Positions 7,206 to 13,729 of a stretch of DNA of 13,729 bases are shown here, piece after piece; the stretch's first letter is position 1, and every line of letters starts with the position of its first letter. The notes beneath the pieces were generated by a model. It was given only the letters and a program-made list of their open reading frames with translations. It searched no databases and was not told the origin of the DNA. The stretch lies in NCBI RefSeq assembly GCF_029504745.1, contig NZ_JAQFIQ010000055.1, forward strand, positions 1 through 13,729, written 5' to 3'. Source of the DNA: Breznakia sp. PF5-3 (lineage in GTDB: Bacteria > Bacillota_I > Bacilli_A > Erysipelotrichales > Erysipelotrichaceae). The position numbers and the translations under genes were made by a program.

Positions 7206-7823
7206 ATGGATATTTTTGATAAATTATATGACTATCAAAAAGATAGAGTAAAAGAAATAATAAGGAATAGTGAAACTGCAGATTATGGACAAACTGTTTT
7301 CTTTGGTGATTCTATTATTCAAAGTTATGATTTAAAAACATATTTTCCAAACGAGAATTACTATAATTGTGGTGTTTTAGGTGCAACTACTGTACAACTG
7401 CTTTATTTACATGATTATGCTATTCAAAAGTATAAGCCTAAGAATATCGTATTAATGATTGGTACAAACGATTTAGACGATGTACATCAGTATGAGCCAT
7501 TAGATATTGTGTATAATGTTTATAAGTTGCTAGAGATTATTGATGTTCGTTATGATGTAGACAATATCTATATACTTTCTCCTTTACCGATAGATGAAAG
7601 TCGAATGAAGCAAGGCTTAAGAGATAATCGACAATTAAAACTTTTAGGAAAAGAGTATGAAAAACTAACAATGGAATTTGAAAATGTACACTATATAAAT
7701 CTATTTGAAGATTTCTTAGTAGATGGTCAAATACATGCAGAGTATACAAGTGATGGCTTGCATATAACAGCAAAAGGGTATGCAATCATAAGTGAAAAAT
7801 TAAAAGAAATCTATAAAATTTAA
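7206..7823 (+). CDS. SGNH/GDSL-family hydrolase (esterase or lipase-like)
   Basis: The 205 aa product has block I FFGDSI, block III GTND and block V DGLHIT. It starts 8 nt after the tex stop with AGGTG as RBS, so it is probably co-transcribed. Confidence 0.85.
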   Translation: MDIFDKLYDYQKDRVKEIIRNSETADYGQTVFFGDSIIQSYDLKTYFPNENYYNCGVLGATTVQLLYLHDYAIQKYKPKNIVLMIGTNDLDDVHQYEPLDIVYNVYKLLEIIDVRYDVDNIYILSPLPIDESRMKQGLRDNRQLKLLGKEYEKLTMEFENVHYINLFEDFLVDGQIHAEYTSDGLHITAKGYAIISEKLKEIYKI

Positions 7824-7833
7824 ATAAAATAAT

Positions 7834-7871
7834 AAAAAATGTGATAACAGTGGTGAAAATCACATTTTTTA
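7834..7871 (+). terminator. Terminator after the tex-SGNH unit
   Basis: AAAAAATGTGAT (7834-7845) pairs with ATCACATTTTTT (7859-7870) around a 13-nt loop, and a T-run follows. The stem is AT-rich. Confidence 0.5.
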
Positions 7872-7911
7872 TTAATCAATTATATTTTATAAATGTTTTT
7901 GGGGTAATCAG

Positions 7912-7940
7912 TTGAATGTTGTAAAATTAGGGCTTACAAT
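7912..7940 (+). promoter_or_regulatory. Candidate sigma-A promoter for the giant surface-protein gene
   Basis: TTGAAT (7912-7917), 17 nt spacer, TACAAT (7935-7940). This predicts a leader of about 120 nt. Confidence 0.5.
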
Positions 7941-7957
7941 ATAGTTGCAGATAGGAC

Positions 7958-7983
7958 CCTGCTTTTTAAGCATGACAAGCAGG
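7958..7983 (+). promoter_or_regulatory. Stem-loop near the predicted 5' end of the giant-gene leader
   Basis: CCTGCTT (7958-7964) pairs with AAGCAGG (7977-7983). TGCTT can alternatively pair with the nearer AAGCA at 7968-7972. No T-run follows, so this is not a terminator. Confidence 0.3.
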
Positions 7984-8066
7984 AAAAAATTTTACTCATA
8001 TAATTATAACAAATAAGCAAACAATAAGTATAATATAACTAAATATTGTGCAAGGGAGGGCATTGT

Positions 8067-8159
8067 ATGAAAAAGAAAGGAATTAGCAGGTTTGGAAATC
8101 TTGTGTTAGCAATATTTCTAACATTAACATGTGGAGCTGTGCTTCTTGATTCGAACGCA
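8067..8159 (+). other. Sec (signal peptidase I type) signal peptide of the giant protein
   Basis: KKK..R n-region, a hydrophobic core of about 16 aa, and S-N-A before the predicted cut after aa 31. Confidence 0.7.
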
Positions 8160-11100
8160 TTAGAAGTATTAGATGACTTCGGTATTAAAACAGAAGTAAC
8201 GTATTCAGATGCAAAAGACACAGCTAAGATTGAATTGGATCTAGAAGAAGTGAAAGAGGAATTTTCAATAATGGAAATTATAGATCCTGAAAATGAGAAA
8301 ATGGATTTTAATAATCTTACTTTTGATGTGCAAAAGAATGGAGAATATATTTTCAAAGTAAAGTACTTACAAAAGACAAGGGTACTTAGTGAAAATGAAC
8401 CGACTACTGAGGGCGATGATGTAACATATAGTGAAGCTTGGATTCTAAATGGAGATGAAGAAGAGCAAACATATGATTTGAAAGTAAAGGTTGATGAGAT
8501 TAAAACTTCAGAAGATACGCAAACAACTATTGAAGAAAATCAAGGAAAAAAAGAAATCAAAGAAGTTGGTGATGCATTAAATGTACGTGGGTTTAGTGAT
8601 AAAATTGAAATTTCCCCACGATCAACAGCAACCAATAATTCAGTAACCATTGATATACCAGATTATAATGCAACAACTGGGTGGACACGTGGAGATATCA
8701 AGGAAGTAAAGGTTACAGTTAACTTTGGTGATGCAACTTCAGCTAATAAAAAAGTATCAATTACAGTACCAGAAGGTTTGCGATATGAGCAAATTTCAAT
8801 TAAGAGTGATACCAACAAAACAGGTGCAGATCCAAAAATACTTACACTTTATGATGCAGGTGATCCAATAGTTACAAGTGCAACTTCGATCACATTACCA
8901 AAATTAGAGACAGTAGCATCAAAGAAATCAACTTTTGGTAAACTAGAATATCAATTCTTGAATACCGTACAAACGGTTACGATTAAATTTCAAGTTGGAG
9001 TAGATATAACAAGGTATTATGGACCACACACAGTAAAAAATCCTATTAGTGTGGATGTAAGGAAAGGGAATAATGTCTTAGTTGGTGGTAGTGTTGTAAA
9101 CCAATCAGTAAAATTAACAGGTGGTGTGTTATCAACAGGAATAATAACATACTACAGTACATTAACAGCAGCAGGATCAAAAGAGGTAATTGCTAGTACT
9201 GCAAGTGATGAATCTTTAGGTAGAGTTAACCAATATCATTTACCACTTCACAATTGGGAGTGGAAGGATACCCATAGATATGCTAAAAGTGTGACAATGG
9301 ACTTATATTTTCCAGCAGGGATGGAATATCATAGTATTACGGGCTTGCCAGCATTTACTGTTGTAAGTAAAGACAATGCTGCAGGTCGAGTAACCATCAA
9401 AATTGATAATTGGATGACACGACAGGATTTTTGGCTCTATTATAAGGTTCCGATTGGAAAAGCCGTAGGGACATATAATCTAACAGGAAAAGATAAAATT
9501 ACATATACTTGGTATGATGGTACGGTTGAATCAAAGACTAGACCAACTAGTGTAGTAGATTATAATACAAAAGTAATTTCAACCCCTGTAAATAAAATGA
9601 CTCTCAGCAATAGTCGAGATGGATATGCTAATGCAGATGTAGAACATTATTCACGTGGTACAATGTGGGTGTTTTCTAATGCGAGTGCAGGAAAGCGTAC
9701 AAATCAAACCGTAGAGTTTACAATTGATCCAAATTGGCAAGCGGTAATGCTGCATTTGCCATTTGATAAAACAATAACTACAAATAAAATTACGAAGGTA
9801 TATTATAAAACGAATAAAAGTCCTACGACATGGAAAGAATATAATATATCGACAGGCTTACCATTGTCAGGGAATGTAGCAGTTTTGAAAAAGACAAATA
9901 TGAAAAATGCTTCAGGAGCTGCACTTTTGGCTAGTGATGAGTATTTTACAGCGGTGAAAGCAAATATAGGGTCAGTTTCACAAGATTATACACAATCAAC
10001 TAATATTGATAACAATGGAAATATTCTTGTTTATGGTAAATTCGCCCCTAATAGTACAGTGAATGAAGCGCCAATTACCATCTCAATGTACGATGAAAGT
10101 AATAAAACAGCAACTACTGTTACAGGAACAAGATATGTTAGAAAATCATTAGCAGGTAACAAAAAGGTAGTTTCGCATTCAACCGTGGAATTTCGAGATG
10201 AAAATAATTCAATAGTTTCAGGTATAACAGCTGGTTCATCTTTTAAGGTTAATGCGAAAGTATCAACTCGGCAAGTTCAACAATCAACAGCGCAAGCGAT
10301 GGCAAATCCAGAGATTTATTTAAGACAACCAAAAGGAATGACGATTGCCTCAGATTCGATTACAATAAAGGATAATTCAGGAAAAGCTGTGGCTTTCGAT
10401 ATTGCACCACTTTATCAAAATAAATTTGGTGAAAAAATTTATATATTAAAAACTAAAAATTGTGTATTAGGATTATATTTAGATGAAAATATTTCTATCA
10501 ATAGAACTTTCAATGTATCTTATACAGTAGGAACAGATGGTACGATGGCTGGAGGGTCGATGAATGCTAGGGATTTAGTATCATGGGGAAAAGATGGATA
10601 TGCACCAGTTAGTGATGGACAAACCCCAGGGTATGTTGATGCGTATGATTTTAATGGAAATAACAATTATACAGAACAATTACTTTCTTTTAAAGATCTT
10701 CCGTTTACTATAGCAGAAAATAAAAACGTATTAGTAGAAACGTTCTTGTCATTTGCGGGTCAAGAACCAAGTGCTCCATATATAGAAGGAGTAGATAGTA
10801 CTTTAGTTTATTTTACTCCTGGAACACAAGCAGATTATACGGTGAAGATGACTAACAATTCATCTTCAGCGGCTAAAACAAAAGTATATATTCCAATTCC
10901 AAAAACAAATGACAATTTTGGAGCAGGATTTCAAAGTACGGCTTTTAAATGGGATATGAAATTAAGAAGTGCAGTTGCTGCGCAAAGTGGTTTTACTGTT
11001 ATGTATTCTACAACTGCAACAGCTGCAAACTATGAGCAAGCTGCTCAATATAAAACAGCAGCCCAAGTAAACCTAGCAGATGTGAAAATGGTGAAGATTG

Positions 11101-13729
11101 AGGCTACGAGTATGGCAGTAAATGCGACTGCAAACTTCAAAATACCACTACAAATCAATGAAACATTCAGTAGTGCTACACAACCTGGACAAGAAAAAGT
11201 AAAGACAAGGAATATTTATAATCCTAGGTATTCTGTTGAAAGTGCTAGTTTTAATGGGAATCTTCCAGGTACTAAAGTAGGTGCTGAATTAATTATTACC
11301 GAAATTGGTGGAACAATCTTTGAAGATAAGAATGGAAATAGTATTTATGATGCTGGAGATTTACCAGTTATAGGTCATAGTGTAGAACTATATAAATGGG
11401 ATGATGTACAGAAAAAATATTTGGTAGCTAAAGATAAAGCTAATAAAGCAATTACAACAGTAAGTAATGCAACTGGAAAGTATCTCTTTGATAATACTTT
11501 AGATTTACCAAAAGGTACGTATGCTGTGAAGTTTGCCGCAAAAACAAATTATCAATTTGTGAAGACTGGATCTGGTAGTTCAGATGTTGATAGTAATGTA
11601 ATCATTGCTGATAATCTTCCAAAAGCTGGTGATAAATATAAAGGATGGATTATTGATATTGATGGAACTTTACCAATTGCGAAAACCATGGGTTGTGGAT
11701 TTGTTAAATATAATCCAGCGACAAATTTAGGATTAACGTTACCAACAACAACTTTAGAGTTCAAAGTAGATGAAACACGTACAATGAGTCCAACAAGCAT
11801 TACACCTAACTACTGGGAAACAATTAAAGGGAATCCTGGATATAAATGGGAATTGGTCACTGCAACAGACTCACAATATGTACAGTTAACAGCAGCGAAT
11901 CAAAAACAATTGACATTAAAAGGTTTGAAAAAAACACCATTGGGTTATGAAATTCAAGTTAAGTTAACAATCAATGATATTTATGGTGGTACAAAAAGTG
12001 CTACTACAAAAATAAAAATTAATACAAAGGTAGCACCAACTATAACAACAAGTACGATAAATGCCTATGTTGGTGATCAAGTGAATCTATTAGCTGGAGT
12101 TAGTGCAAAAGATGATAATAATGAAAATATTGTAATCACAGAAGAAGGAGCACTTAAAAATACAACGATTCTTAATAAAGATAAAATATCAAGTTCAGGT
12201 GGAAAATACAACAAATCAGAGACTTATAAAATAACGTATGAAGTGTTAGATAAATATGGAAACAAAGGAACCAAAGATCGAATTATTAAGGTTAATGGAA
12301 ATCCGATTATTACTGCCAATGCACAAGTATATCAACTTGGTGAGGCAGATATTCTCACAAAAGTAAAGAATGCAGCTGAGGCTAGTTTCATGAAAGCATC
12401 AGAAACACCAGGAAATGCAGCTACAAAAACAGTGTTTGCTATGAATGCACCAACCATAACAGGACCGACACAAGACTTTACAGCAGTTGGTAAATATCAA
12501 GTTACATATAGTGCGAAAAATGAAGATAATAAATCAGTTAGCAAAACCGTTGATGTGATTATTACAAATGGAATAGTTCCAGGTAATGAACAAAAAGGTA
12601 TAGAAATTAGAGCAGATAATATTGTAATAGAACGTAATGAGTTGGCAACCTTTGATCTTGCAAAAGCAATGAATAAAGCAAATGTACAAGCAATCTATTA
12701 TGAAAGAGATGATAAGAAAAATCTTACTAAACTAGATGATATTACAACATCAATTAGTGTAAGTTCACTTGATAATATAAAAAAGGCTCCTGAAAAAGGT
12801 GGCGAATATGAACTTACTTTTACTACAACATATAGTGGAGTTACAAGCAATAAGAAGATTTTGGCAGTGGTTGTAGGTAATGAATTAAAAGTTCAAAATG
12901 GCTTGGTTATAAAAGCAACCGATATTGATATTGAGAATGATGCAGCAAGAGTTCTAACGCAATCACAAGCGATTTCATTGGCGAATGTAGAAGCGTATGT
13001 ATTACAAACAAAACAGGCAACTGCAAATAATACAGTAAATACTACTCAGCTCAATGCGATTAAAGCAGTTACTAATGATGCACAAACATTCAAGCTAACC
13101 TATACTGCAACACAAGATGGAAAGACAGTAAGTATTGAAAAGGATGTAAATGTAAATCATTCATTAGTAGGACCAGTAATTACAGCAGATGCATGTGAAC
13201 ATTATGTAGGTGATAAGTTTGAAGTACTACATGATGTAAGTGCTAAAGATGTGAATAATGATGCTATTAATTTAGAAATGACAGGTTCTAATAAAAATAC
13301 TGAAGTGGAACATCAAATACCATTAGAAAATGGTGAGTATAAAACAGCAGGAACTTATGAAATCAAATATGCAATTACTGATAAATATGGTAATACAACA
13401 GAAAAGACAAGATTGGTAAAAGTACATGCTATGCCAGTGATTGAAACAAATCCACAAGTATATTCATTAAAAGATGAAGATATTGCTGGACAAATTACAG
13501 CAGCAGCAAGTGCATACTACAATAAAGCAGATAATGCTGTTGGGGCCACTCCTATCAAAACAAAAATTGATGAAATCAGCTATGAAATTAGCGGACCTAG
13601 CCAAGATTTCAGCGAAGTAGGAACTTATGAGATTACCTATAAGAGTGAAAATGTAGATGGACGTAAAGCAAGTAAGAAAGTAGAAGTTATCATTACGAAG
13701 AATGAGCCTTTACCTACCGATGTGGATAA
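8067..13729 (+). CDS. Giant secreted surface or adhesin-like protein, 5' portion only (more than 1887 aa; runs off the window)
   Basis: Not in the supplied ORF track. I read every codon from ATG 8067 to 13727 and found no in-frame stop. An in-frame TAA at 8040 closes the frame upstream. GGGAGGG sits at 8054-8060, 6 nt before the ATG. Signal peptide MKKKGISRFGNLVLAIFLTLTCGAVLLDSNA|LE. Composition is Thr/Asn/Lys/Val-rich and Cys-poor. An SdrD-B-like domain and Ig-like modules lie downstream. Confidence 0.92.
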   Translation, partial: MKKKGISRFGNLVLAIFLTLTCGAVLLDSNALEVLDDFGIKTEVTYSDAKDTAKIELDLEEVKEEFSIMEIIDPENEKMDFNNLTFDVQKNGEYIFKVKYLQKTRVLSENEPTTEGDDVTYSEAWILNGDEEEQTYDLKVKVDEIKTSEDTQTTIEENQGKKEIKEVGDALNVRGFSDKIEISPRSTATNNSVTIDIPDYNATTGWTRGDIKEVKVTVNFGDATSANKKVSITVPEGLRYEQISIKSDTNKTGADPKILTLYDAGDPIVTSATSITLPKLETVASKKSTFGKLEYQFLNTVQTVTIKFQVGVDITRYYGPHTVKNPISVDVRKGNNVLVGGSVVNQSVKLTGGVLSTGIITYYSTLTAAGSKEVIASTASDESLGRVNQYHLPLHNWEWKDTHRYAKSVTMDLYFPAGMEYHSITGLPAFTVVSKDNAAGRVTIKIDNWMTRQDFWLYYKVPIGKAVGTYNLTGKDKITYTWYDGTVESKTRPTSVVDYNTKVISTPVNKMTLSNSRDGYANADVEHYSRGTMWVFSNASAGKRTNQTVEFTIDPNWQAVMLHLPFDKTITTNKITKVYYKTNKSPTTWKEYNISTGLPLSGNVAVLKKTNMKNASGAALLASDEYFTAVKANIGSVSQDYTQSTNIDNNGNILVYGKFAPNSTVNEAPITISMYDESNKTATTVTGTRYVRKSLAGNKKVVSHSTVEFRDENNSIVSGITAGSSFKVNAKVSTRQVQQSTAQAMANPEIYLRQPKGMTIASDSITIKDNSGKAVAFDIAPLYQNKFGEKIYILKTKNCVLGLYLDENISINRTFNVSYTVGTDGTMAGGSMNARDLVSWGKDGYAPVSDGQTPGYVDAYDFNGNNNYTEQLLSFKDLPFTIAENKNVLVETFLSFAGQEPSAPYIEGVDSTLVYFTPGTQADYTVKMTNNSSSAAKTKVYIPIPKTNDNFGAGFQSTAFKWDMKLRSAVAAQSGFTVMYSTTATAANYEQAAQYKTAAQVNLADVKMVKIEATSMAVNATANFKIPLQINETFSSATQPGQEKVKTRNIYNPRYSVESASFNGNLPGTKVGAELIITEIGGTIFEDKNGNSIYDAGDLPVIGHSVELYKWDDVQKKYLVAKDKANKAITTVSNATGKYLFDNTLDLPKGTYAVKFAAKTNYQFVKTGSGSSDVDSNVIIADNLPKAGDKYKGWIIDIDGTLPIAKTMGCGFVKYNPATNLGLTLPTTTLEFKVDETRTMSPTSITPNYWETIKGNPGYKWELVTATDSQYVQLTAANQKQLTLKGLKKTPLGYEIQVKLTINDIYGGTKSATTKIKINTKVAPTITTSTINAYVGDQVNLLAGVSAKDDNNENIVITEEGALKNTTILNKDKISSSGGKYNKSETYKITYEVLDKYGNKGTKDRIIKVNGNPIITANAQVYQLGEADILTKVKNAAEASFMKASETPGNAATKTVFAMNAPTITGPTQDFTAVGKYQVTYSAKNEDNKSVSKTVDVIITNGIVPGNEQKGIEIRADNIVIERNELATFDLAKAMNKANVQAIYYERDDKKNLTKLDDITTSISVSSLDNIKKAPEKGGEYELTFTTTYSGVTSNKKILAVVVGNELKVQNGLVIKATDIDIENDAARVLTQSQAISLANVEAYVLQTKQATANNTVNTTQLNAIKAVTNDAQTFKLTYTATQDGKTVSIEKDVNVNHSLVGPVITADACEHYVGDKFEVLHDVSAKDVNNDAINLEMTGSNKNTEVEHQIPLENGEYKTAGTYEIKYAITDKYGNTTEKTRLVKVHAMPVIETNPQVYSLKDEDIAGQITAAASAYYNKADNAVGATPIKTKIDEISYEISGPSQDFSEVGTYEITYKSENVDGRKASKKVEVIITKNEPLPTDVD
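11298..11711 (+). other. SdrD B-repeat-like (Cna-B/CarboxypepD_reg-like) Ca-binding domain, aa ~1078-1215
   Basis: GGTIFEDKNGNSIYDAGD has a DxNxNGxxD-type loop. Further matches are GHSVELYK, the strand pair ATGKYLFDN...LPKGTYAVKF, then DVDSN and ...GCGFVKY. This matches the pattern of staphylococcal Sdr B repeats. Confidence 0.7.
12030..13729 (+). repeat. Diverged protein-level module array A-B-C-C'-A-B, period about 379 aa
   Basis: Module A at 12030-12302 and 13167-13433 matches the DUF5011/HYR-like Ig pattern (P.IT....YVGD......VSAKD.NN..I......Y.I.Y...DKYGN...K.R..KV). Module B at 12303-12572 and 13434-13703 shares P.I..N.QVY.L..DI....AA.A...KA....GP.QDF..VG.Y..TY....S K.V.VIIT. Module C at 12597-12878 and 12900-13157 shares G..I.A..I.IE....ANV.A....LT[FY]T.T. 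Copies are only about 35-45% identical by eye. Confidence 0.7.

Noticed and set aside
7537-7785. 82-aa minus-strand ORF inside the SGNH hydrolase gene
   Set aside because: It is antisense to a frame carrying the GDS, GTND and DxxH blocks. Its His/Leu-rich product has no support.
7972-8016. Small intergenic ORFs, for example the 14-aa MTSRKKFYSYNYNK here and the 10-aa MKSIRNKRKL at 940-972
   Set aside because: They have no Shine-Dalgarno sequences and are far too short to support from sequence alone.
8046-8066. In-frame TTG at 8046 as an alternative start of the giant ORF
   Set aside because: It would place the GGGAGGG SD inside the coding sequence. ATG 8067 has ideal RBS spacing and immediately yields a canonical signal-peptide n-region.
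8121-8135. Possible lipobox (LTLTC) in the giant protein's signal peptide
   Set aside because: Thr at -1 and Leu at -2 do not fit the [LVI][ASTVI][GAS]C lipobox. A standard S-N-A signal peptidase I site follows nine residues later.
8039-8356. 105-aa minus-strand ORF from the track, overlapping the start of the giant gene
   Set aside because: It is antisense to a reading frame with a strong RBS, a signal peptide and 5.6 kb of continuous coding signal. Its product is low-complexity (S/F/I-rich), typical of the antisense frame of AT-rich genes, and it has no RBS.
8545-8553. Homopolymer runs (A7 here; T7 at about 2163 and 2193) as slipped-strand phase-variation switches
   Set aside because: Runs of 7 are common in DNA this AT-rich and shorter than typical contingency tracts. 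None lies in a promoter spacer.
11552-11800. 82-aa minus-strand ORF inside the giant gene
   Set aside because: It is antisense to the SdrD-B-like domain, whose + frame shows clear family motifs. I saw no start context or recognisable features.
1-13729. Search for mobile elements, CRISPR arrays, tRNA/rRNA genes, toxin-antitoxin pairs or defence-system genes
   Set aside because: I found no transposase, integrase or recombinase-like ORFs, no terminal inverted repeats or direct-repeat/spacer arrays, and no cloverleaf-capable segments. Every sizeable ORF is explained by the calls above.

Overview
AT-rich window, in my judgement from a low-GC Gram-positive (Bacillota) chromosome; the species cannot be determined from sequence alone. 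Positions 1-7.9 kb hold ordinary housekeeping or accessory genes in short, well-terminated units. These are an FSA-type fructose-6-phosphate aldolase (-), divergent from nanE (+), then a lipoprotein-plus-TM protein of unknown function (-), pepT (+), a Qnr/MfpA-like pentapeptide-repeat protein (-), and tex with a tightly coupled SGNH/GDSL hydrolase (+). The main observation is missing from the supplied ORF track. From ATG 8067 to the window end (13729), frame 3 of the + strand is one uninterrupted reading frame. I read all 1887 complete codons and found no stop. It has a strong RBS, a Sec-type signal peptide, about 1000 aa of family-unassigned beta-rich sequence, an SdrD-B-like Ca-binding domain, and an array of diverged Ig-like modules still running at the edge. 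This is a giant secreted, probably wall-anchored adhesin-like protein truncated by the window. I saw no rRNA, tRNA, CRISPR array, transposase or integrase, and no recognisable defence or toxin system. Domain and family calls rest on motifs I recognise by eye. No database search was run.
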